From an uncultured Leptospiraceae bacterium (GTDB lineage: Bacteria > Spirochaetota > Leptospiria > Leptospirales > Leptonemataceae), in contig CAZQKZ010000005.1 of assembly GCA_964594095.1 (NCBI GenBank), positions 46,921 through 110,920 of the forward strand: a stretch of 64,000 nucleotides of DNA, read 5' to 3'. How positions within the stretch are numbered: position 1 is the stretch's first letter; each line of letters begins with the position of its first letter. Positions 17,337 to 25,494 of this stretch are shown here, piece by piece. A program made the translations under genes and the position numbers. The notes under the pieces are model-generated. The model was not told where the DNA came from and did not search any database. It saw nothing but the letters and a program-made list of their open reading frames with translations.

Positions 17337-17555
17337 ATGCCGCTTATCATCCGCCCTACTGTTAAACTTGCAACGAAAATCAAAGAGAAAAGTCTCACAA
17401 TTGCTGAGGATTCTTTGAACCCGTATCACGACTGGCATGCACATGTTTTTACAGCCTCCAGGTATCATTATATCCTCATTACCAATACAACCTCCTTGTT
17501 TTCGGTTTTACTTCACGGCCGCGGAATCACAGATTATGCTTCCAACTTGCTCTGA
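17337..17555 (+). pseudogene. 72-aa ORF, probable truncated gene remnant
   Basis: No SD. The ORF stops abruptly and a different frame (17437..17721) continues. The WHAHVF...YILITN pattern vaguely recalls a DUF family N-terminus; not assignable. Confidence 0.25.
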
Positions 17556-17660
17556 GCGAGCTCAGTCTCCTTTTTGCGACGATCCCCTTTTCAATGATCG
17601 ATATGAAAAAACCGAAAGATGTTTTTGGCAGAATGGAAGTGATGGGATGAGCCAGGGAAT

Positions 17661-17688
17661 AAGAACCTTAATTAAAAGGTTCTTTTAC
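17661..17688 (+). terminator. hairpin abutting the metG stop; a plus-strand terminator by T-tract
   Basis: AAGAACCTT (17661-17669) / AAGGTTCTT (17676-17684), perfect 9-bp stem and 6-nt loop, followed by TTTA on plus. No U-tract on the minus side. Confidence 0.4.
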
Positions 17689-19736
17689 TTCAGGCGGTCT
17701 CCGGGCTTTGCGCCCCGGTGAGGGGTGAATAGAGAAAGGGTGGAACCTTCTCCGGCAGCGAGAAGCATAGCTTCAGAAATTCCGAATTTCATTTTCCGGG
17801 GCTGCAGATTGGCTACCGCGACCACATGCAGACCTATGAGGTCTTCGGGCTGATAGGCGGCACGGATTCCGGCAATTACGTTGCGCGGTTTTTCTTCTCC
17901 AAGGTCAAGAGTAATCCGCAGCAGTTTATCGGCGCCTTCCACTAATTCAGCAGTAAGAATTTTTCCTGTTTTCAGTTCAACTTTTGACAAATCATCGATA
18001 CTTATAAGGCCTGTCCCAGGTGCCTCCCTGGTCTCTGTCTTTTTCGGTATTTCAGGATTCTGAGCAGCAGCGGATTTTTTTTCTTCTTCCATCATGTTCT
18101 CCACATTTTTCGGGTCAATGCGTACAGCCAGCGGCTTATAAGCTGCCAGAGTATGGCCTGGACCGAAACGATCGGTAAGATTTTTAAATGTTATTGGTTC
18201 TTGAAGATTCAGCAGTGCTGCGGCCTGTTCCGCAAAAACCGGCAGAATGGGACTGATCAGACCGGTCACAGCCTTAGCAGCTGTGAGAGCATCGGTAAGA
18301 GTATTCCGGGCAGCTTCCGGGTCCTCTTTGATCTGTTTCCACGGTTCTTTCGATGCAACATAACGGTTGATTTCATCGGCCAGAGCGGTGATTTCGCGCA
18401 GTACTCTGGCGTAAGACCGGTTCTCGTAGAGCTCTGCTGTATTCTTTGCAGTTTCTTCAGCTTTTTTTAACAGGGCTTCACCCTCTTCGGTTAACCGTTC
18501 ACTGAGTTTTCTTCCAAGCTTATCGGCGATGGAAGTTCCCAGCCGGGAAAAAATATTCGTTATGTTTCCGACTACATCCGTATTGTAACGGTTAACGAAT
18601 TCGTTTACCGAAAAGTCAAGATCATCAAGTCCTCCGGTGAGCCGTCCTGCATAGTAATAACGCAGGGCTTCCGGAGGCAGGTGTTTCAGGTAGGTTTCAG
18701 CCCTTACTAAAGTTCCCCTGCTTTTAGACATTTTTTCGCCTTCCACGGTCAGAAATCCGTGTACATGCACTGCGGTGGGGGTGCGGAAACCAGCGCAGTG
18801 AAGCAGCGCAGGCCAGAACAATGTATGAAAATAGACTATATCTTTCCCGATAAAGTGGTAAACTTCACTGCTGCTTTCGGCTTTCCAGAATGAATCAAAC
18901 AGCTCCGGTTTTCTGATTTTATTAAAGTAATTCCGGGCGGAAGCCATGTAACCGATCGGTGCATCCAGCCATACATAAAAATATTTGTTTTCTTCTTCAG
19001 GTATTTCAAAGCCGAAATAAGGACCGTCCCGGCTTATGTCCCAATCCCTCAGTCCGCCTGTCAGCCATTCATCCATTTTTTTACGAATGCCGTCGTCCAC
19101 TCTGCCCGGGGTGTTCAGCCATGTTTCCAGAAATTTCTGAAAATCCCCCAGTTTAAAAAACAGATGCTCTGTTTCTCTGATTACCGGTGAATTTCCGCAG
19201 ATGGAGCAGGCTGCATCGCTCAGGTCCTCAGGATTATAGGTGGCTCCGCAGACTTCGCAGGAATCTCCGTACTGATCCTTTGCCCCGCAGGAAGGACAGG
19301 TTCCCTTTACAAAGCGGTCAGGGAGAAACATCTGATCATGACTGCAGTAAAGCTGGTTCAGTGTTTTTCTGTTTATATGACCCTTTTTCTTTGCAGCAAG
19401 ATAAATAAATTCTGCAAGCTCCCTGTTTTCGCTGCTGTTCGTGGTGTAATAATTATCGAAGGATACATGAAAAGAAGCCAGATCCCTGTAATGCTCTGCA
19501 TGAACTTTCTGCGTAAGCTCCTCAGGTGTAATGCCCGCCTTCCGGGCAGCGATCATGACCGGTGTACCGTGAGTGTCGTCTGCACAGAAATAAAAAGCAT
19601 TGCGGTTCATAAACCTGTGGTAACGCACCCATATGTCTGTCTGGACATATTCAACAAGGTGGCCGATATGAATGGGTCCGTTTGCATACGGAAGTGCAGA
19701 AGTAATTAATATATTTCTTTCTTTTTTATCTGACAT
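17685..19736 (-). CDS. metG: methionine--tRNA ligase with a C-terminal tRNA-binding (Trbp111/EMAPII-like) domain
   Basis: ITSALPYANGPIHIGHL (HIGH), zinc knuckles CPSCG...CEVCG, KMSKS, C-terminal VELKTGKILTAE...VVAVANLQPRKMKFG. ATG at 19736. Confidence 0.95.
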   Translation of the reverse strand: MSDKKERNILITSALPYANGPIHIGHLVEYVQTDIWVRYHRFMNRNAFYFCADDTHGTPVMIAARKAGITPEELTQKVHAEHYRDLASFHVSFDNYYTTNSSENRELAEFIYLAAKKKGHINRKTLNQLYCSHDQMFLPDRFVKGTCPSCGAKDQYGDSCEVCGATYNPEDLSDAACSICGNSPVIRETEHLFFKLGDFQKFLETWLNTPGRVDDGIRKKMDEWLTGGLRDWDISRDGPYFGFEIPEEENKYFYVWLDAPIGYMASARNYFNKIRKPELFDSFWKAESSSEVYHFIGKDIVYFHTLFWPALLHCAGFRTPTAVHVHGFLTVEGEKMSKSRGTLVRAETYLKHLPPEALRYYYAGRLTGGLDDLDFSVNEFVNRYNTDVVGNITNIFSRLGTSIADKLGRKLSERLTEEGEALLKKAEETAKNTAELYENRSYARVLREITALADEINRYVASKEPWKQIKEDPEAARNTLTDALTAAKAVTGLISPILPVFAEQAAALLNLQEPITFKNLTDRFGPGHTLAAYKPLAVRIDPKNVENMMEEEKKSAAAQNPEIPKKTETREAPGTGLISIDDLSKVELKTGKILTAELVEGADKLLRITLDLGEEKPRNVIAGIRAAYQPEDLIGLHVVAVANLQPRKMKFGISEAMLLAAGEGSTLSLFTPHRGAKPGDRLK

Positions 19737-19773
19737 AGAATTTGCCCTGCTGCAGGATTCATGGTTTTTCTGA

Positions 19774-20577
19774 TCAGCCGTGCCAGGTACTGAGAGCCTG
19801 TTTCGGCAGCTGAGTCTTCCGCCATTCCATCCAGGATCCCATATAAATACTGATCTGTTTATAGCCGCAGCGGCTGAGTATGAGGGCTGTAGTGGCGGAT
19901 CGGGCGCCATTGAAGTCGTAAATGACTGTAGGACGCTCCTGAATCAGTCCGATTCTGCGTATATCGTTGATTACCTGACTTCTTTCTTTAAGCATTCCTT
20001 CTTCTGTGTAAAGGGAACGCCAGTCCCAGTTGAGCGAACCCGGAATACGCCCGCAGATACTGCCAGGTTCCAGATTCATCATGCGAGGAAGCCGGCCTTC
20101 ATATTCATCCGGTGTGCGTACATCCAGAAGCTGCACTTTCGTCAGGTTTTTCTGCACATAATTGATGGAGGCAACCGCACCAATCCTCAGTTCCGGGGGA
20201 GGAGTAACGGGTTCAATCTGCATCATTCCCGGACCAAGGTCAGAATCCGGAACCTCAGAGAATTTTTTATTGTACATCTTAACATCTTTATAGCCACTGG
20301 ACAGAAGCAGCCATACCATGCGTGATGCATACATCCCCACCCCTTCATCGAACGCAACAACAGAGGAATAATTATTTTCTTTTATATAAGCAAGAACTGC
20401 TGCCATGAATCCGTGCAGCCTGGACATGGACTGAGGACCGGAGCCATAAGGTTTTTTTACGTTAGCTGCTCCGATTGCACCTTTGATTGTGGAATGCGCA
20501 TAGTTCCCCTCCGACCGGCAGTCAAGCAGAAGCGCCCCCTGCGGTATTACATCGGTTAAAAAATTCCAGTTATCCAT
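19774..20577 (-). CDS. tandem-rhodanese (sulfurtransferase-like) protein lacking the catalytic cysteine
   Basis: Two rhodanese modules (LLLDCRSEGNYAHSTIKGA; LLDVRTPDEYEG...GRIPGS...YMGSWMEW). The active-site loop reads YDFNGARSA where YC[RG]SG.[RT][SA]A is expected. Confidence 0.7.
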   Translation of the reverse strand: MDNWNFLTDVIPQGALLLDCRSEGNYAHSTIKGAIGAANVKKPYGSGPQSMSRLHGFMAAVLAYIKENNYSSVVAFDEGVGMYASRMVWLLLSSGYKDVKMYNKKFSEVPDSDLGPGMMQIEPVTPPPELRIGAVASINYVQKNLTKVQLLDVRTPDEYEGRLPRMMNLEPGSICGRIPGSLNWDWRSLYTEEGMLKERSQVINDIRRIGLIQERPTVIYDFNGARSATTALILSRCGYKQISIYMGSWMEWRKTQLPKQALSTWHG

Positions 20578-20643
20578 GCGATTCCTTCTCAATCCTGTTT
20601 AAAAACAGAGCATTTTAACGCAAGTCTTAGAATAAAAAAAATT

Positions 20644-21807
20644 TCATTTTTCAGGAAAAATTTTCTGTCTGATGAGCTCCTTTCCCAGATTCCGGGTAAA
20701 CAATACGGCTCCGCACGGTGAAAGATGAGTTATATCATGAAAAACTTCAGAACCGGCTTCCGGTAAACCGGCTTTCAGAGCATCCTCAGACAGAAGGATT
20801 CCGGGGAAATCCCGGGTGATTTCCCGAACAGCCTCATCTGTCAGTCTCAATGCTGCTTCGCCTGCTTTTTTTTCCCACATCGGAGAGAACGGAATGCGTA
20901 TGATTACGGTTTTTATATTTTTTTCTTTATAATAACTGAGTATCCTTTTCCAGGAAGCAACGGCTCCCTTTCTGTGCTTAAAAACAGGTCTGACAGGAAG
21001 ATCAGCAGGTTCGGAACCGGATCCGCAGAAAGATCCGTTTTTCGGCTTTTCTTCATCTTTCCGGGTGGAGTTCCAGGTCCATCGGCCACCAGTAAGATTC
21101 ATGATCTCTGCGGTTTCTTTATTTCGCGCTTTGGCGGCGCGAAATCCCCCCGGCAGGGACACCGGTGATTCCGTAATGCGCCGGATTTCAGCTGCATTGG
21201 CAAGCTGCGGAAAGCGGATCAGAATATCGGGAGGAATGCTGACTGCATTGAATGGATTCGCATATTCAGAGATAATGGAACCTGTTTTAATAACCGGCAG
21301 CAGCGGAAATGGATTAACAGAATCCCGGATCAGCACCATTAAATGAAATAAATTTCTGAAGCCTGCTGTCCGGAGAATCAGTTCTCCGTAATACTTACGA
21401 AAGGCCTGGTAATTATCGGTTTCCAGTAAGGAATAAGGGCCGATATTCAGGATCACAAGTTCAGTCCCGGGAGATGTATAAGGAAGCAGCAGCTCGATTC
21501 CCTCTGGCTGCATCGCAGGAAGCCCTGCATTCCAGACTGAATGGCCTGTGATTTCAGAAAGAACAGCCGGATCAGCACCGCTCTGTATCTGACTGTCACC
21601 GAGAAGCAGGACGGAGGAATGAGTCACATTCTGACATCCTTCCGAAATACATGCTGCCTTATAGTTATATACATATACATCCTGATCCGTATACGGTGCA
21701 AGAAGATCAGTATAAATATAATAAAACAGATAATTAATTAAAACAAATAAAGCCGCTCCCGTGGCAAACCTGATGAATGCTTTGCGGAAACGGCTTAAAC
21801 GGAACAT
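20644..21807 (-). CDS. membrane-anchored SGNH/GDSL-like hydrolase-fold protein (DUF1574-like)
   Basis: N-terminal TM, VLLLGDSQIQSG block I-like motif, C-terminal DITHLSPCG (DxxH-like). Confidence 0.5.
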   Translation of the reverse strand: MFRLSRFRKAFIRFATGAALFVLINYLFYYIYTDLLAPYTDQDVYVYNYKAACISEGCQNVTHSSVLLLGDSQIQSGADPAVLSEITGHSVWNAGLPAMQPEGIELLLPYTSPGTELVILNIGPYSLLETDNYQAFRKYYGELILRTAGFRNLFHLMVLIRDSVNPFPLLPVIKTGSIISEYANPFNAVSIPPDILIRFPQLANAAEIRRITESPVSLPGGFRAAKARNKETAEIMNLTGGRWTWNSTRKDEEKPKNGSFCGSGSEPADLPVRPVFKHRKGAVASWKRILSYYKEKNIKTVIIRIPFSPMWEKKAGEAALRLTDEAVREITRDFPGILLSEDALKAGLPEAGSEVFHDITHLSPCGAVLFTRNLGKELIRQKIFPEK

Positions 21808-21809
21808 AA

Positions 21810-23075
21810 TCAGCTGCCGGGTTTACCGAGCATACGGAACATATTCTTTTTATAAGCTTCCACTCCTGGCTGATCAAACGGATTCACCCCAAGCATGTAA
21901 GCTGATATTCCGCAGGCATATTCAAACATGTAAAGAAGTCCGCCCAGGTGCCATGCATCCATCCGGGGCAGAATCAGACGCAGGATAGGCACCCCGCCGG
22001 ATGCATGGGCCTCCATCGTTGCCATCAGAGCAACCCGGTTAACCTCATGCAGCTCCCGCCCCGCAAGATAATTCAGCCCGTCTCCGTCATCTGAGGCGGA
22101 AGGCACAGGAAGAGAGACACTGTTTTCCACATCAAGAACTGTCTGGAATATGGTCCGTTCTCCTTCCTGAATCCATTGTCCCATGGAATGCAGATCTGTT
22201 GAAAAATCCACGGATGCCGGAAAAATTCCTTTATTATTTTTACCTTCGGATTCCCCGTAAAGCTGTTTCCACCACTCAGAAACAAAGTGGTTTCCAGGCT
22301 GATAACCTGCCATGATCTCTGTTTTTTTACCGGAACGGTATGCTGCATTTCTGTAAGCAGCGTATATTACTGCGGGGTTCTCCCTGGCAGCAGCAGTCTG
22401 AACGGTGCTTTTCATTTCGCGGGCGCCTTTCACAAGGGACTCAGTGTCAATGCCGGCAGCAGCAATAGGAAGCAGTCCGACCGGTGTCAGTACACTGTAG
22501 CGTCCCCCTACATCATCAGGGATTACAAATGTGGAAAAACCAGCCGCATCGGCCAGTTTTTTCAGAGCTCCTTTCGATGCATCTGTGACAGCATAGACAA
22601 GATCCTTCAGAGCCTGGTGTCCGTATCTTTTTTCAAGATCGTTCATAAACAGACGGAAGGCCACTCCTGGTTCTGTGGTTGTGCCGCTTTTGGATATGAC
22701 TGCAATACTGTATTTTTTATTATTTAATTTTTTGAGCAATGAAAGGTGATAAGCCGGATCCATATGATGACCGGCATAATAAACCGGGAATTCATGGTTA
22801 AACGGATCGGTAAGGGCTTCAATAACGGCCCGGGCTCCGAGATGCGAACCTCCGATACCGATTACAACCAGTGCATCGGTTTTCCGGATGGCCGCCGCAG
22901 CCTTCCTGATATTTTCGAGATCAGCAGCGGTGATCTGATCCGGCAGATCAATCCAGCCGAGGAAATCATTTCCGGGACCGCTCCGCTTTTCCAGAATGTC
23001 CTTTGCCTTCATGGCATCGTTTAATACGGAATCCCCTATGAGATCTGCTGTGTAAGTAAGGTCGGTACGAATCAT
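21810..23075 (-). CDS. pgi: glucose-6-phosphate isomerase
   Basis: VVIGIGGSHLGARA, SKSGTTTEP, GGRYSVLT, GESEGK, NPFDQPGVE. Confidence 0.9.
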   Translation of the reverse strand: MIRTDLTYTADLIGDSVLNDAMKAKDILEKRSGPGNDFLGWIDLPDQITAADLENIRKAAAAIRKTDALVVIGIGGSHLGARAVIEALTDPFNHEFPVYYAGHHMDPAYHLSLLKKLNNKKYSIAVISKSGTTTEPGVAFRLFMNDLEKRYGHQALKDLVYAVTDASKGALKKLADAAGFSTFVIPDDVGGRYSVLTPVGLLPIAAAGIDTESLVKGAREMKSTVQTAAARENPAVIYAAYRNAAYRSGKKTEIMAGYQPGNHFVSEWWKQLYGESEGKNNKGIFPASVDFSTDLHSMGQWIQEGERTIFQTVLDVENSVSLPVPSASDDGDGLNYLAGRELHEVNRVALMATMEAHASGGVPILRLILPRMDAWHLGGLLYMFEYACGISAYMLGVNPFDQPGVEAYKKNMFRMLGKPGS

Positions 23076-23102
23076 AATTATTACTCCTTTCTGATGATTA
23101 TT

Positions 23103-24065
23103 TTATATCCGTTTCTGAAGGGCAAGTGTTTTACTGCGCCCGGCGTTTCTGACTGCAATACAGGCATTCCCTGCACACACTGAAAGAGAAGGGTCAACCG
23201 GATTGCAGACATCCCCCACAGCCCAGATTCCAGGTGCTGCATTCATACCGGTGTCTGTGATGATATAGCCTCCCTCATCTTTCCGGATTTCTCCGGCAGG
23301 TGTCCTGATTACACCGGGAACAACCGGTTCAAATCCGATTTTGACAAGAAAATAATCTGCTGCGATGATTTCATTTCCGGTCCGGATTTTAAGTCCGTCC
23401 GCGGTTTCCGTTACGGAGTCTGCTGTACCGGTCAGGAATTGAATATTCCTGCGCGCAAAGGCTTCCTCCTTAAGATCATCCCTCGATCGGAGTGAGGAAC
23501 GGGTTAATACAATGACGGATGCAGCCCGATCTGCAATACGAACAGCATTCTCCACTGCGCCGTCCCCTCCCCCGGCTATGACGATTCTCTTATTTATGAA
23601 TAAATGAAGATGCCGACCGGCACTGTAAAGAAAACGGTCTGAATCCAGATGAGCAGGGTGTCTTCTTTTCTGCAGTCCTGTTGCCAGAATAATCCCCCCG
23701 GACTCAATTTCTGATTCGGCTCCGCCCGACTCTTTTATTTTGATTTGAAAAAGGGGGAAAGCAGAATCCGCAGCCGGTATAATCTCCGTAACTTCTTTCC
23801 CAAGAAGGATTTGAATTCCTAAGGAATGAATCTGCTTTTCTAACCGGTCAGCAAGATCAAGCCCGGTGGTCTGGATGCCCGGATAATCAGGTATGGTACC
23901 GGTTATGGAATGCAGCTGCCCTCCGGTCTGGCTGTTTTTTTCTATTATAAGGCAGCTCATCCCAAGTCTTGCAGACCAAAGAGCCGATGACATTCCTGCC
24001 ATACCAGCCCCGATAATGGCCAGATCCACTTTCTTTTTTTGAGTTGAAGTAAATCCGGGATTCAT
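23103..24065 (-). CDS. thioredoxin-reductase-like FAD/NAD(P) oxidoreductase without the redox CxxC
   Basis: DLAIIGAGMAGMSSA, TGGQL...PDYPG, VIAGGGDGAVENA, WAVGDV. The position of the canonical CATCD motif reads LYSAGRHLH. Confidence 0.7.
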   Translation of the reverse strand: MNPGFTSTQKKKVDLAIIGAGMAGMSSALWSARLGMSCLIIEKNSQTGGQLHSITGTIPDYPGIQTTGLDLADRLEKQIHSLGIQILLGKEVTEIIPAADSAFPLFQIKIKESGGAESEIESGGIILATGLQKRRHPAHLDSDRFLYSAGRHLHLFINKRIVIAGGGDGAVENAVRIADRAASVIVLTRSSLRSRDDLKEEAFARRNIQFLTGTADSVTETADGLKIRTGNEIIAADYFLVKIGFEPVVPGVIRTPAGEIRKDEGGYIITDTGMNAAPGIWAVGDVCNPVDPSLSVCAGNACIAVRNAGRSKTLALQKRI

Positions 24066-24076
24066 CGTATCCGTTA

Positions 24077-24865
24077 ATGAATAGAGGATACAGGCCTATG
24101 ACAGCAAGCACATTTTTAAAAAGAAAGCAAATCTGGAAAATCTTTGCCATTCTGCGCCGGTTTTCCGGTGCCGTTCTGCTTTCGGGTTTTTCTCTGCTGT
24201 TACCAGCTTCCGATCTGAGCGCAGCCGGTACTTTCTCTACCGGTAAAATGATTGTGAGGGTTCTGAAATTTGAATCCAAAGGTATTATTAAGTCTTACGA
24301 AGGAACCATGGAATATGCTGGTTACAATGAAGATGAATCCTGCAATGCAGAAGAAAATTTCTGCTACACTCCTGTACTGGAAACCGGGGAGTTCAGTGTT
24401 CATGAAGATTCCAAACAGGTGGCTTATTTTATAAATCAGAATGTCGGCCGGGAGATGGTTTTTGAATTCAGAATTCATTATGCAAAACCTATCGGACTGG
24501 GAACCAGTTTTGAGGTTATCGGAGTGAAAGCCCGCTCTGATTCACTCCCTCAGGATCTGCCCCAGCGGTTCTTCATAGAAAAAACAGGTTCTAAAAGAAA
24601 TTATGCATTATACGGAAGCGTACTGAAACTGGAAAGAAAAGGAAATACCTATAAAAGCTGGGAAGGACTCTATTACGACCGTCAGAGAGATGTGGTTCAT
24701 CCGTTTTCACTTTCCGACGACGGAATGGCGGAACAGATCCTTAAAATGATCGACATAGCCAAAGACTTTCACTTCGGAATTTCGCAGGCCAGGATGGTGG
24801 TGGGACGGCGCACACCCTTTGATATTTTTGAAATAAACTACAAAGAAAAACCGGATACACTCTGA
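24077..24865 (+). CDS. exported protein of unknown function with an internal duplication
   Basis: Signal-like LLSGFSLLLPASDLSAAG. Repeated block VLKFESKGIIKSYEGTMEY / VLKLERKGNTYKSWEGLYY. Stop overlaps the ubiX ATG (TGATG). An alternative ATG lies at 24098. Confidence 0.5.
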   Translation: MNRGYRPMTASTFLKRKQIWKIFAILRRFSGAVLLSGFSLLLPASDLSAAGTFSTGKMIVRVLKFESKGIIKSYEGTMEYAGYNEDESCNAEENFCYTPVLETGEFSVHEDSKQVAYFINQNVGREMVFEFRIHYAKPIGLGTSFEVIGVKARSDSLPQDLPQRFFIEKTGSKRNYALYGSVLKLERKGNTYKSWEGLYYDRQRDVVHPFSLSDDGMAEQILKMIDIAKDFHFGISQARMVVGRRTPFDIFEINYKEKPDTL

Positions 24866-25494
24866 TGGATTCAGGCAGCGCGGGCCGGGCCCCCTCTCTG
24901 ATTATCTCTGTTACCGGAGCCAGCGGCTCCCTCTATGCTGCGGCTCTGATACGCGGTCTGAGCCGTTTTGAAGGCGGACCAAGCACAGTGATTATCAGTA
25001 ATGCCGCTGTCCGGGTTTACCGGGAAGAAATAAATACACCGGTGGACGGTCCTGCTGATGTACTGTATCACATCCTGTCAGATATTCCCGAAAATAATAA
25101 AAAACACAGATTTTTTCTTTCTGATTCCGATGATATCGGTGCTCCCCCTGCCAGCGGTTCAGCACCGTATTCAGCTATGATTATCATTCCCTGCTCTATG
25201 AAGACTCTCGCTGCTGTCAGTAACGGACTTGCCTCGAATCTTACAGAACGTGCTGCTGATGTGATGCTTAAAGAAAGAAAACGACTGATTGCTGTGACCA
25301 GGGAGACCCCGCTGAGTCTGATTCATTTAAAAAACATGACTGCTCTTACAGAGGCAGGAGGAATTATAATGCCGGCCTCTCCTGGTTTTTATCATCGTCC
25401 TGAGACTTTAAATGACCTCGCGGATTTCATTGCGGGCCGCGCACTTTCTCTGGCAGGAATACCGAATTCACTGCATCCCGTCTGGGAGGGCTGA
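24865..25494 (+). CDS. ubiX: UbiX-family flavin prenyltransferase
   Basis: ISVTGASGSLYA, IIPCSMKTLAAVSNGLASNLTERAADVMLKERKRLI. Confidence 0.9.
   Translation: MDSGSAGRAPSLIISVTGASGSLYAAALIRGLSRFEGGPSTVIISNAAVRVYREEINTPVDGPADVLYHILSDIPENNKKHRFFLSDSDDIGAPPASGSAPYSAMIIIPCSMKTLAAVSNGLASNLTERAADVMLKERKRLIAVTRETPLSLIHLKNMTALTEAGGIIMPASPGFYHRPETLNDLADFIAGRALSLAGIPNSLHPVWEG

Noticed and set aside
19737-19910. 58-codon N-terminal extension of the metG ORF, and similar 5' extensions of ORFs at 8418, 14217, 41111, 51802 and 29325.
   Set aside because: The extensions overlap upstream genes, are compositionally odd, and precede an internal ATG that matches the conserved family N-terminus.
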